Positions 26,469-40,577 are shown, counted from the stretch's first letter. The stretch: DNA of 64,000 bases from Octopus vulgaris (GCA_951406725.2 OX597827.1:47926001-47990000); one strand, 5' to 3'. Numbers and translations are program-made. Notes: generated from the sequence alone by a model not told the origin.

Positions 26469-26682
26469 TTTGTTTAAATATATATTAATACAAACTTAAT
26501 CTAAGTTTTTTTATTTGTTCTCAGTGCATATTTTAAGGGAATAACTGAGATAACATTTACAGAAGGTTTGTCAATTTATTGTGTCTTCGACATGTCCTTT
26601 ATCAACAAGATATTAACCATTTTCTCACTAAGGTTCATATAAAAAGTATAACAGAGGCAAATCAATCTATCATGAAATAATA

Positions 26683-27967
26683 CGAGGGGCGTTCAATAAG
26701 TAATGCCTCTGACCCACTTGCAGTTGTTTGATCTAGCTGAAAGTTTGAATGTGCAATTATTTATATCTCTATAGATTAAGTGGCAAATTACAGCTCTGAA
26801 CTAATTGTGGTTTCTGATTTACAGGTGTTTGAACTGAGTCAAGTGTGAAACGGAGCCTGTTGAGTGTCGAGCAGTGATGCGGTTTTTGTATTTGAAAGGA
26901 CGCACACCACGGGAGACTTTTGATGAAATAAAAGTAACTTATGGTGATGATGCCCCATCATATGACCTTGTAAAACGCTGGCATCGTGAATTCAAACAAG
27001 GTCGAAACTTTGTGGAAACAGCTCCCAGATCTGGTCGCCCCCTTCTGCCATTGATGAGGCATCTGTCGGTCAAGTTGAGGCTGCCATTTTGGAAGATCGA
27101 CGCATAACTATTCGCCAAATAGCCCATGAGGTCAAGATTAGTACCGGGTCTGTGGAAACTATCATTCATGACCATTTGCAAAAGGTGTCTGCCAGATGGA
27201 TTCCCAGGCTGCTCACACCTTTCCAGAAGCAAGAACGCGTCGATTGCGCGAGGATGAATTTGAAGATGTGCCAAGAAGATGAGTCAAAATTTTTCAAAAG
27301 ACTGATTACACAGGATGAAACCTGGGTCCATCACTATGATCCAGAGACCAAAGCCCAGTCAATGCAGTGGAAGCACCGTGACTCACCTCCTCTAAAGAAG
27401 GCAAGGGTGCAGCCCTCCGCTGGCAAGGCCATGCTCACAGTCTTCTGGGACCAGGACGGAGTAGTGATGACAGATTTCTTGGCAAAGGGTGCCACAATTA
27501 CAGGAGTCTATTATGCTTCACTTTTGAGGAAATTAAGAGAAGCTATCAAAATCAAGAGGCGGGGCAAGATCAGCAAAGGCTTCCTCCTCCTGCAGGACAA
27601 CGCTCCGATCCACAACTCGCGTGTCGCCAGATCAGAAGCACAGGCTTCCTGCTATGAACTCATCCCCCATTCTCCCTACTCTCCTGACCTGCACCCTCTG
27701 ATTTTCACCTCTTCCCAGCAATGAAGTTGTTTTTGAAAGGAAAGCGTTTCCCAGATGATGCAGCCTTGATTTCTGAAATCACGTCGTGGTTGGAGGACCA
27801 AGCTGGGGTCTTCTACAAAAACGGTCTTCAGAGCTGCATCAAACGATGGGAGAAATGCGTAACTCTGGCTGGTTCCTATGTAGAAAAAGACTAATAACTG
27901 TGCCAAGTTTCGTTGCTCTACTGCTATGGGAAGTGGGTCAGGGTCATTACTTATTGAACGCCCCTCG
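26683..27967 (+). mobile_element. Full-length mariner transposon (1285 bp, TA target duplication)
   Basis: TA-CGAGGGGCGTTCAATAAGTAATG ... CATTACTTATTGAACGCCCCTCG-TA: perfect 23-bp outer TIR extending imperfectly to ~37 bp. Confidence 0.97.
26850..27894 (+). pseudogene. Mariner D,D34D transposase with lost start (ACG) and two frameshifts
   Basis: HTH (RFLYLKG..VKRWHREFKQG..PRSGRP), WIPRLL, TQDETW, QDNAP, YSPDL(A)PSDF, RWEKCVTLAGSYVEKD*. Frameshifts near 27040 and 27690. Confidence 0.93.
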
Positions 27968-30900
27968 TATATTCATAAAAGATATTCTGAATCCATGATA
28001 ACTGCTACAGAAAAAATTGTTCATGAGAAGATTACAATTTTTCTGTTCTCTCCCCATTAAGGTCAATATTTATGACTACATTGCGGTCAAAGCATACATA
28101 TACCTTCCATTATAAGATTTTTAACCAAATGTATCGTGCTATTTTTGTTGTTGTTAGTTTTACTCATAGAGGTGACTACATGTTTGCTATTCGATTATTT
28201 TAACGTTTGGGTTAGAAGTATAACAGGGAATCCAAGAGGCTAATTTGCAATATATTTACGTAGATTAATCTGTTTATCATGACACCAAATTGGCATTTGT
28301 GTTCTGTCACCAGTTTGTATACTTTGTATCTTAACCGATGGGTGACTAAATGTCTAAACACGTACGTATTTATATATTGTAAGCATAAAGTCTAAATGCA
28401 CACTCCTATCTTTCACGGTTGTCATAACTGATTATATAAAGCTGTTGCTCAGTGCCAGAGTTCTAAAGGAGATATTAAAAGCCATATATTACATGCAATT
28501 AAATTAGCCGCAGATTATGCACGTATGTATGTATGTATGTATGTATGTATGTATGTATGAATGTATGTATGTATGTATGTATGTGCGTATGTATCTGCGT
28601 GTGTGTGTATTTCTGTACATGTTAATATATACATGAGATGTGACATAATGACCAAAGTTATGGATTGGAGTAACGCTACCGGACTGACAGATTTATAAGT
28701 CCCCGACAAGCAGATGTCTAGGACGGCAGGACATTTTATTCGATTCTCAAGCTGGCTGCGTTTTGGAGATAAAGCTAAGCTGGACAGATATCAATAGTTG
28801 TAACAGGATATAAAACCCACCATCTCCCAGATATCATAAGATTTATAACACACTCAATGCCAAAGCTGACAGCAGTGAGACAGACAGTTATAGAGGATTT
28901 AGTATTAGATAGAATATTGACACTATCCGTCTGATCTTACATGTGAAAATGAGAATGTGTGTTCTTCGTGGCTTCTTAAATAATTGATGTAACTCATATC
29001 AGACTACAGTTTGACAGGAGCAAAAAGGATCGTTAATAAAGTAAAGGTCATCACATACCGCAGCGGGAGATTATACCACTGTATCGATCTGATAACTTAC
29101 TGAAGGCTGTCTGTTGAATTAAATTTGATTTTTGATTTCTTTCTTCCAGTTGTTCATCATGAAATTTGACATTTAACAGTATAGAAGATTTCTGATGTTA
29201 AGATATTAAAAGAAAATTATATTGATTTATTTCAAATAAATTTTAATGCTAGTCATTGGCAACCACAACAGAGAAATTCTAATTTCTGATTTCTGGTCGA
29301 TTAGTGCTGCAGCCTTGAAGGCCAGTTTCGAATATTTGGCTCAAGCCAAATAATTTTATTTATTTGTGTTGCTGTTGTCTAGAAAGATATTTTTATGCGA
29401 CATAGTCTAATGAGGAGAGCATGATTGTAGTCGCACGACCGGAATAGAATGCCCTACATATGAGGTACCATTGTATTAGGAATGTGTAAACATACATAGT
29501 ATAACCTGATCATAGAATACGCTATGTCTCTTTAAAAGGCAGAGCCATCACTGCTGGGACCCGTTATTTCATAAGTCTGCTCTTTTGGGCTGGAATTACT
29601 ATGAACTTTGATGCCACATTTAATTGCTTCTCAGTTTCGTTGAAAAGAGTTTTCTGCATGCTTCTGTTTCTTTCGTCTCTTAAATGTCACATCACATGTT
29701 ACGTAATGTGCACCAAAGCCACAATATCTAGTGCAACATTGTTGAGTAATTCTTTGGTTTGCAAATATGCATTCAGTTTATCTCACGACATAAATCATAT
29801 GCATTTAAATTACGTTCTGTGTAACCTGACAGAATTTATATATTACGAAAATATATGAGATGATGCGCTAAAAGCAGAGACAAATTAATTCGAAATAGCT
29901 TGCCTTAATCTGTTAAGAGCAATTTCTAAGTATATTTTTCATAAAATAGAAAGAAGTGAAAATGCTATTTTATTGTTCGTGTCTTGCCAAAAGATATGTA
30001 AAATGGACCCAGTCATGTAATCAGATGTAACCAGATTACGGTTTCACGACAATGATTACATATCGATTATTATACATCAAAAGTTCAAAAGACATAATAT
30101 TGATTTCTGCATCAGGCGATTAATTTCACGCTAAAAACATGGTGATGAATACGTATAGATGGATTAGATTGAATATGACAAGTATTTTAATTCCTTAAAG
30201 ATAAATATAATATGGCGTTACGATCTTCTCGAAAGCAACAGGAAATTTCATGTTACATAGTAAACAATATTTTATTGCCCCAAGAATATAGACTATTACA
30301 CGTTTCCTTTACTATCGATTCGTCATTAAAATGGAAATTACTAGAAAGCTATAATTCAGGCGTGCTATTGCGAATTACATGAAAGGGTTCTGCTATTTTT
30401 CACAGAATAATACTAGTTATTGGCCGGCTGATATCAATAGTTTTTCAGCACATATATATTTCCAAATAGATTTTTTAAAAATATTCCATGTATATTCACA
30501 AACGTTAGCATTAAAATACCTATTGTTTATTTCAGTTTGAAAGCTTATTTTAATGAAGATTTCGGGAGATTATTTTACATCACATGGATACGTTATGAAT
30601 GATAAAAAATGCAAAATGATCCCGAATTTTGTAATTCTTGGGCATTTCGTAATTCCTACAGCAACAAATGATCAAATTCATACGTTTAATTACTGACTCA
30701 TTTGCCATTATTTGAGCCTGTGAAAGGAAGACTGTCACACCATCGATGATCAGTATAATCTCAAATAAGAAAGGACCAGACATTAATTCCACACTTGGTC
30801 GCAAAATTACACAGATACACGCACATGTAAACATACATACATATATATCACAAATATTCAAACATACATTCACACATACACACACACGCACAGACATACA

Positions 30901-32207
30901 CACACATATATATATACACGCATACATATACATACGTATATATACATATATATATATACATATTTATTTATATATGCGCACACACATACATATACATATC
31001 ACATTCGCATTTGGTTAATTTCTTTTCTAAACATTCATTATTAGTTAACGATTTATACGCTCCATTAATACCACATCTGTATAATATTTATTAACGAATA
31101 TTCTCAATGCAACAGTAATTAATTGCTGGTAAAAAGATACTTCGAAAATATGCTGCAATAATTCAGTAATAAGTTTTAAAAATTACTGAACCCAAAATTA
31201 TCATTTTCTTTGTTCCAAATGCCATAAAGCATGTAGTAACAAAACGAAACGCAGATACGTTTTCAATCAGGTTGGATTAATTTTGTTTAAATTAAGCTGA
31301 AATACATTTGACCAACGTACGAACGTCAAAATTTCCCATTATCTCTTTTTCATGAATAGAAAATCCCATTATACCTAATTAAAAGAAACCAACGTTTAAT
31401 AGCTGTTGTCAGTTTGTCTGTTTGTATGCCATTTTGAATTTGTACAACGATATCATAGAGATTTAATCACATTTACTGAAGCCAAAAAGATTATTTTTGT
31501 CTCTGCATACGCTCACATTCATACATAAACACAAATCACACATAAATACAACGACTCACAGATATTGCGATAGATGTAGCGTAGAAAATTAGAATGTGGA
31601 ATAAAAATAAATGGTAAAGACAACCAGAGCTTTTAATTTTTTATTTGGTTCTTTTCTAGTAGGATTCAGGAAATCTAATTTAATTTTTTTTACCTAAATG
31701 CATTGGCGCCAATTTGCTAAAAAGACATTTCTGATATATGCGGTGATAAATTTCGGTTGGACGTGGATCAATCCTTAACAAGACATACATTTTTAATCAT
31801 TCAAAATCTTTAAATCATATTATAAATACCAATTCTTTTTCATCAAACGCAAACATAATTATACATTTGTTTGTTACAGTAATTATACGGCAATGGTTTT
31901 TTTATCGTTCTTGTTTGCATTCTGTTTGTCGTTGCTGTTGAGAAATTAGTAAGATTTCTAGATATTTGTAGATTTAAGCGAAACGCTGCTTAAAGATAAT
32001 TCAATACAATTGACGTGCTCATTTTTCTTATCTGAATATAAATAAAGCAGACGTTTGCATTATTGTCCTATAATCTTTACTTGATATTTATCTGTATACG
32101 TTTTGAATGTATAATACATAAATACATACATACATACATGCTAGATGTGTCAAAGCAATTGTCATGATTAACAAATTCTCGTAATTTCCATCTTCCATCT
32201 TTCTTTT

Positions 32208-32252
<45 letters not shown>

Positions 32253-32277
32253 ATATAGCCTCTCTCTCTCTCTCTCT

Positions 32278-32351
<74 letters not shown>

Positions 32352-33236
32352 CAGAGAGACAGAGAAAGAGAGAGAGACTGATGTTATTTTGTGGATAAAC
32401 AAATAAGATACATCAAATATATATATATTGCAAAATATATAGACATATATATAAATGCAAAACGAAAGAAAGCAAAAAGTGGAGACTTACAGATGATGAA
32501 TATTCAAGTATAGATATTTACATATTTATATTAATACGCTCAACCTACACAGAGTACAAACGACAGAGAAAATTAAAAGGGCGGAAGAAAAAGTGTTGAG
32601 TCCAATAGCTGTTTCTGGAGACTCGGCGATCTATAATAATGTTTCTCTCTACATATATGCATATTTCGCATTTCATATCCAAACCAATACAAGTAATATA
32701 TGTAATATACTTAATATATTTAATGTGTCTAATCTGCTTATGCGCATAATTGTCTCTATACCCATTTAATCAGATCCCCGCACCTTATAGCCTTTTTTAC
32801 CTTGTGGAATAGTCCTCTGTAGAGACATCGGAGGATAAGTTTCGATTATTTGAGCAATAATGAATGGTTTCTATATGGAGAATCTCGGGATTATATGTCT
32901 ATGTATTTCTGGATACACACACACACAACTAGAATTGTTGGCTGTAATCGTGGAAGTGACCGTTGGCCGTAATAACAGTAGCAGCCACTGGTATTACGGC
33001 CGACGGTCATTTACACGATTACAGCCAACGATTCCAGTCAAAGTACAAGACAGCCATTATGCTTCCACTTGCAATACACCACCACGTGGACTCTATTGAG
33101 ACAAATAAGAAATTATTGAAACTTTTTTTTTATTACACTTAACTTTTAAAGCTATTTTTGATAAGGTTTGTTTTTACAAGAAGAACCGAAACAAAATCTC
33201 TAAGAAAATATAGTATATAGTGGTGTTTTCAAACTT

Positions 33237-33282
<46 letters not shown>

Positions 33283-33283
<1 letters not shown>

Positions 33284-33415
33284 GATTAGCTTCTTTCAGT
33301 TTCCGTCTGAAGAGATCCACTCACAAGGTAGAAAACACTTGCCATGCAGCGGAACTGAAGCTGAAACCATGTGGTTGGGAAGCAAGCTTTTTGCCACAGA
33401 ACCAAGCCTGTGCCC
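33283..33415 (-). mobile_element. SINE family B 5' fragment, internally deleted
   Basis: CTTCTTTCAGTTTCCGTCT..ATCCACTCACAAGG..AACCATGTGGTTGGGAAGCAAGCT. Confidence 0.7.
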
Positions 33416-33959
33416 ACAAAGAATTTTGTAAGCAAGTGTGTGTATTTAGATGTCTTCATTTTGATAGTTAGTGACAGGATGTGTCAGTGATGTGAAATGT
33501 TTGCGATTTTATTGGATTTAATCCTCTGCTTTGATAATATAAAGATCAAAGTTACGAAATCATGTATACAAATTCTTATTGGGAATTTCAACTTTTTGGC
33601 AATGGAATTTTTCAAGGGTCCACAAAAGGACGGACGTAGATGAGATGTTTAAACTGGTCAGTGTCTTTACTTTTTGTTGTGATTTAAGTTTTTTCGGGTT
33701 TTTATTTAGAAGGTAGGGGTTTTTAGCCAGGCATGTCATGATGTTAGTAAAGAAAGTTGGTTCTCTTATGCTCTGATGTTCACAAAAGAATTTGGGTTTG
33801 TGAAAAGTTCTTGATGTGTATATTTCCTTCTGTATGTTCATCGTTTTATAAGCAATTTTATTAATATAAACAGATTTTAATCCTTGTGTTTCACGGAGGG
33901 AGATTTTGCGGTGCGTTTTCTTATAAACATTTCTTCACATTTGCTTCACGCGTGATTAT

Positions 33960-35880
33960 TCTACAATAACGCTGCTAGAGGCATAACTACAATAAACGAC
34001 ACTGCAACAGAAACAATATTACGAGGAAGGAAACCCCTCTTCTTCCACAACAATGCTTTCTGGATCAAGAAAATCACCAAAGTATTATTTCATGTCAGTA
34101 TGAGATGAAAGGACTCCACAGAAGTAAGCGACACTGTTGGTCTTTACTTATTAGAAAACTTACATAACACATTTCCATCCATCTCAGTAGGTCTATATTG
34201 GGACGACAGTCAACTCAGAAAATACAACCCACAAAAAAACTGTTAAATTTAAGGAGGAACTATATGCTTCTTCAAAAAATTGGGCTTCTCAATTTCAGTA
34301 GAACCACAACTAAAATCAATAAATGTCCTAGTGTTACTCCAGGCCAGGAATATAATGTGTATAAACCATACAAGAAGGGTAACGAAAAATTTCAGTATAT
34401 ACATAAGCAATCCAACCGTCACAAAATCATTACCAAAAACCAGTAAAAAAACATTTTTCTCACGCTTTCCTATTTATCTTCAAATGAAAAAATACAAAAC
34501 ACAATTCCATACAAGGAAGACAGTAATAACAGCTATTACAAGAAGTGTAATATATAAACAACAAAAAACAATAAATGAGACACATAAGCATAGAAACAGG
34601 AAAACTCCCAACCTAAAGGTTTTCACACCAATAACTAAATTATTTTCAAAATTGTTTAAATGTGAAAACCTAAACCACAGTCATAATAACAATCGCAATT
34701 GTGGAACAACTTCTTCCTGCCCTCTAAAATAGCTCTTATAGTGCAACAGTAACCACGTTAATGACACCAAATAGTTATACAAGATCTACAGCAAATCAGT
34801 TCCAAAACACGATAAAACTATCCCACACGCAATCCAAACAGAAAAAATATGTCACTATCCAAAAATATTTTGTATTTAGAAAATACTCTCACACAACAAC
34901 CATAACAAGATAAAAAATAAATCCTGCCAAATTTGTACTAATGAATTCCACCATATTCTAGCATTCATAAACCAAATTATGAAAAGAAAATTTGAAAGTG
35001 TCTCTTCATACAAGTATAAAATCTTAAAGAACACTAGAATATTACAAACATTCTAACGCATGAAAATGTTAATATTTTCCCTTCCACCTGAAACATAAAC
35101 TATTCCCATAATATACATAAAAAATCCACTTTTACAGCTTTGCCCTAAAACGTACTCTAGAAACTGTTTAAAAATTTCCAACGAAAAATCATTATTTTCT
35201 AACATAAGTGGACAAACCTGCATACATACATACATGAAGTATATATTTTTATGCCAGTTGTAAGACTCATTTCTTTTTTAATCCTTGTTAATATTTCTTT
35301 TCTTTCTTCTTTATTTCGTTTTTTAACTGTAAATTTTGAATCTGATTTTATATAAATTAGATTTCACTATTATTCCCGTTTTTATGCACCAATACATTCA
35401 CACTTCCCACTTTCGCACATATACAGAGGACAAAAGTACTATATTATAAATATACTATAATATGAATTGAAGAATTATTGTTTAAGCACGTAGCATACAA
35501 ACTCTTTCTTCAAGTGTTAAAATCTCAATATACTTTTCAAATTGCTAATAGAACGTAAAGGAATATATACACCACTAACCTTTACCCTTTGCATACAAAA
35601 TTTAACATATATGTATAAATTCTAGAAAACCCAAAATTAATCAATAATTTCTCCTATAAACATCTGCCTAACAACTCAGCCTAACCTAATTACCACTCCA
35701 CTCAAACCCACGCACTCAGAGAAGATTATAATTCAGCAGCGACAATTTCAAGCCAAAACAGAATTCAATGCATTGCACTCCGACAAGGGCTTGATTGATC
35801 GTAACTGCGAAGTCACTGACAATAAAATTCTTGTTTAAGAATAATAGATTTGTACTCTAGAAAATTCTAGAGTAAACTAT
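33960..35880 (+). mobile_element. Decayed Penelope-like element, Naiad/Chlamys-type RT and GIY-YIG, with 3' pLTR-like region
   Basis: Broken-frame translation ETILRGRKPLFFHNNAFWIKK..FHVSMR*KDSTEVSDTVGLYLL..VGLY, YKPYKKGNEKFQYIHKQSN, NCGTTSSCPL. These match the Naiad-type FDVTMGSYDGAE.CELVGLY, YKPY.KPN..P.YIH..SNHP and CNC....CPL motifs. Confidence 0.7.
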
Positions 35881-36143
35881 GATATTAATATAAATATGTT
35901 TTTTATAATCATTCAAAATAAAAACATGTATATATAAATGTATGTATATGTATTTATATGTTTTGAGAAATTTATCATAAAAAAAGAAGGAATATATTTA
36001 CATTTTTATCAAAATATTTTTCTTTTTAATATGAATTTACTCGTGTGAAACAGATCTCCAAACATCTTCAGCATATATATATGTATGTATATATATACAT
36101 ATATATATGTGTGTGTGTGTGTGCGTTTGTGTGCGAGTGCGTG

Positions 36144-36177
<34 letters not shown>

Positions 36178-36212
36178 ATATATATATATGTACTTATTTA
36201 TGTATGTGTATG

Positions 36213-36277
<65 letters not shown>

Positions 36278-36331
36278 CGTTTGTACTTGTATCTTTCGGT
36301 TTTTGAATTAAAGATAGCAACCGGAATAATT

Positions 36332-36362
<31 letters not shown>

Positions 36363-36411
36363 CTGTGTATGTGTTGTATCTGCGTGTGAGTGTATGCATA
36401 TATGTGTGTGT

Positions 36412-36789
36412 ACTTTTATTGTTATATTGTTCCTGTTATTTGTCTGGGGCCTTGCTAGTGCGCAGCCTTGACGGGTTTTAGTCGAACAAAATCCCAGGAC
36501 GTTATTTCTTAAGCCTAGTACTTATTTTATCCGTTCTGTTTTGCTGAACCGCTAAGATAAAGGACGTAAACACACCAACACCGGCTGTCAAGCGGTGATG
36601 AGGACAAACACAAGCACAGACGCAAAGACACACGCACATATATAACCATATACAGGATAGGATTCTTTCAGTTTCCCTCTACTGATCACATCCAAATTCG
36701 TATGCCGGAGGCTATTGTAAAAGACACAGTGGGACTGAACTCGGACCCATGTGGTTGAGAAGCAAGCTTCTTACCACACAGCCACGCCT
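36412..36789 (-). mobile_element. SINE family B (old, diverged)
   Basis: Collinear reverse match ending AGCAAGCTTCTTACCACACAGCCACGCC. Confidence 0.8.
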
Positions 36790-37761
36790 CTATATAGTAT
36801 TATATGTATCCTGGTGTGTACAAATTGGTGTACAGTTGCTACTGTTCAGTTTAGAGCTCTACGTGGATCTTTCTCATCGAGTCTGCAGCCAGAATAGTAG
36901 TGTAACTACAACTATACTTAATAGTATTACTATTTATAATATATAGAGCGAATTTAGGAGAAATTATGATAGGCTCATATTTCTATCATTAGTTCCTATG
37001 TTCGTTTCACCGCTGCTGATGCTAGGAATTCTGTATTGGATGTTCCAAGGGCTATTCTATGCTTAACCCAACGAATCACCTGATGTTCTAATAAATTTTA
37101 ATTCGGAAGCAGGGCAGATGAGGAGATATTTTATAAGAAGTTTCACTAGAAAGTAGAAAGTGGGCAAAGGGCAGAGACAGAATGAGTGAAAGAGAGAGAT
37201 AGAGAAGGAGAGAGGGAAAGAGAGAGACAGAGAGGAGAAACAAGACAAAAAGTAGAGAGAGAAAACAAGATAAAGAAAAAATAGAGTGAGAGAGGAAAAG
37301 AGAAAAATATGATTATAAACAAGTAAAGAAATAAAGAAAATAGAAAGAGAAGAGGGAGCGTGAACTCAACAATCATAAAAAGGGTAACAAAATAAAAATA
37401 TATAAAAGAATAAGAAATATTTAAAGGATAATAATCTAAATGAAAATAAGAAAAAGGGACAAAGAAAATAATGCTTGACAATAAATTGGATTCTTTAACA
37501 TATCTATTGAGACGAACTGAAATCGGAAATGAATGTAAATATTAATGTTCATGAATATAAAGCAGAAAGATTCATGAAAATAATTGTATGAACTTAGTGC
37601 TACGACGTACTAGAAAAATTAAGAAATAAACAACACTTGCCTCACACGCTCAATTTGTATGAAAACATATTTATGAACAAAAGTATAGATCCATAGACAA
37701 CACCCCTCATTATGCAGGCGTGTGGTGCGCGTGCTCTCACACACACAGAAAAACTATACAT

Positions 37762-37813
<52 letters not shown>

Positions 37814-37948
37814 ATGTGTGTGTGTGTGTATGTGTATGCGTGTGTGTGTATGTTAAATAAAATGAGACAACAAAGCAAAGGCTGTGTGGAATTTTCAGGA
37901 CGTTTGTATAGAGAAAGTTAGACTTATATATCTATAAATATATGTGTG

Positions 37949-38019
<71 letters not shown>

Positions 38020-38127
38020 ATGCATATATATGTATTTATTATATGTAATACATCTTTATCTATAGTTATATACATACGTATATATATATTATATGTAATA
38101 CATCTTTATCTATAGTTCTATACATAC

Positions 38128-38194
<67 letters not shown>

Positions 38195-38202
38195 TATATA
38201 GA

Positions 38203-38388
38203 TCGAATTTACAAAAAGGAAACACGAAAGACGAAGACGGGTGTGTAAACAACAAACAGATGTATTAGTTTAACTCTCGGGAAGTGAGAAAGTCTTTTAC
38301 GTTTCGAGCCTACGCTCTTCAACAGAAAGGAACATAAATGGATAAAGAGAGAGAAAATAAAAAAGTTTAAGTGGTTAGCGATCAATCA

Positions 38389-38390
<2 letters not shown>
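38203..38390 (-). mobile_element. Family F element with hammerhead-like motif
   Basis: Reverse complement CTTT-CTGTTGA-A-GAGC-GTAG-GCTC-GAAAC-GTA-AAAG at 38294-38329; embedded between (TA)n tracts. Confidence 0.65.
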
Positions 38391-38438
<48 letters not shown>

Positions 38439-38442
<4 letters not shown>

Positions 38443-38649
38443 ACTAATAAGGGTGAAAAAATTGGATACTAAATTAATAGTACATCCATTTAACACCAAG
38501 TGGCTTAGTGCATAAAAACCTGGATTACGATAAATTTATATGTATGTATAAAATTTAACGTAATCCAGGTTTTTATGCACTAAGCCACTTGGTGTTAAAT
38601 GGATGTACTATTAAATTAGTATCTAATTTTCTCACCCTTATTAGTTGAT
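38439..38649. repeat. Near-perfect 210-bp palindrome (~100-bp arms, TATG centre)
   Basis: ATCAACTAATAAGGGTGA..TAGTACATCCATTTAACACCAAGTGGCTTAGTGCATAAAAACCTGGATTACG is immediately followed by its reverse complement. Confidence 0.95.
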
Positions 38650-38818
38650 TGTAATTATACTACATTTAATTTTAGATGTAGTATCTGTTTCCGTGAATTT
38701 TGGCGGGCTGTGGCAGCGGCACTTGAATTATAACAGTGAATGCAATCGACTGAACCGCACGTGTGTTTATCGTTATGGTAAAATCTAGCGTGCGGTTGAG
38801 TAAATTGTATTCTGGACG

Positions 38819-38897
38819 GGTTCGGCTGAAGAGCTACAGATATGTTATGTGAGTAAAATTACATAATTTATTAATAGCGAAACAATTGTCCTGAACT
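38819..38897 (+). ncRNA. Type-I hammerhead ribozyme (minimal stem III, extended stem II)
   Basis: Stem I GTTCGG/CTGAAC; core CTGAAGA (38826-32); stem II GCTA..TAGC with inner TTATGT/ACATAA; GAAAC; palindromic ACAATTGT stem III; GTC triplet. Predicted cut after 38890. Confidence 0.8.
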
Positions 38898-39048
38898 AAT
38901 CTGCATTTTTGTTATTTTTATTTGCCCTGTTCGTTTGCGCTAGTAGTCGTGCTAACTTTCATTGGAAACAATTCTTTGTGGCTGAAACCTAGCGGATCTA
39001 TTTTTAGTGCTAGAGTCGACAACATAGTGGTTACTCTCTTATATTTAC

Positions 39049-39082
<34 letters not shown>

Positions 39083-39360
39083 AATATAGGATAAAATTTT
39101 ATGAATGGCCAGCATATTAAAAAAAAACCTTTAAAGGTTAAATTTATGAATAACTTGTAAAATAAGGGCAAACAAATTCTAATGCCAAATATGCCGAACA
39201 TAGACAAATTGTCAATAACCATTATAATTTATCACTATAAATTTATCACTATCGAAACAAGCCGATAGAAATTTCTAAAAAATTCCGTTATTACCGTATT
39301 GGTCCCAATAAATACGTAAGACATAAATGAAATAATTACGCATACTCATGGAAAAAGCAA

Positions 39361-39429
<69 letters not shown>

Positions 39430-39567
39430 CAAATATGTTAAACTGTCGTATGTCTACATTTAGCCAAATAAGTTCTTACAACAGCATTGCTATGAAATGG
39501 CGAAAAGATTTTTTCGTTTTCTGATAAAGCAGCATTTTGTACTTACGGCACTTCTGCATAATAGCAA

Positions 39568-39619
<52 letters not shown>

Positions 39620-39972
39620 TAATGGCAGAATTTCGAGTTAGGAGAGTTTCTATATAAGAAAAAGAAGAATCGAACAAAAACTATTGTTCATTCCCAGCAG
39701 CGATTTAATATTTCTCTAGAGTTCAATGACTCATACATACAGTACAATCGATTATAATACAAATACCACCGTTTATATTCCAATATCTACAATTCCTGGC
39801 AACCGTTCGGCACCGATTCTTATAATTTTAACCTAATAACGCAATCGATGGTCTTCTTTGAATTTTCCCGTGAAAACCAAACCAATTATGCATAACTGCT
39901 ATAACTGTACGATAAACAAAAGACTTTCACTAACGATTTTATGTATCATTTAGAATCTCTCTCTCTCTCTCT

Positions 39973-40010
<38 letters not shown>

Positions 40011-40055
40011 TATCATGGATATATGCTTTTATATGTATATATATACATGCATATA

Positions 40056-40090
<35 letters not shown>

Positions 40091-40518
40091 AGACATACAT
40101 ATATATACATACATACATACATACATATATGTGCATACATATGTATTATATAAATATAAATGTATACTGTACATGAGTGTCTGGATGCATTAGGTATGAT
40201 GTCTGTTCGAATTTCTCACTTGGGGAATTGATAACCTGCTAACTGTCTACAGTTTGATTGATGGATGCGTCTCACATGCGAATAGAGAAAACTATATATT
40301 TGATAATGACAGATATTCAATGATTTCCTATCGCATACGTTCATACACAGACTACCTCACATAGTCACATTCACACACGTTTTTATATACGCTCATGAAA
40401 AATATTTATTCGGACTTCAGTTATCATGTAGACAACACATACTTTAACGAAATACCTACATCACACAACTATATGGATGTGTGTGTATGTAAATGAATAT
40501 ATATATATATATACAAAC

Positions 40519-40577
<59 letters not shown>

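Noticed and set aside
30580-30732. Minus-strand splice acceptor (TCTTCCTTTCACAG) followed by a 45-codon frame
   Set aside because: No recognisable homology or partner exon; such sites arise by chance.
32595-32650. Minus-strand GAGA..TCTCCA-GAAACAGCTATT hammerhead-like half
   Set aside because: The CTGANGA strand is absent; at most an unprovable relic.
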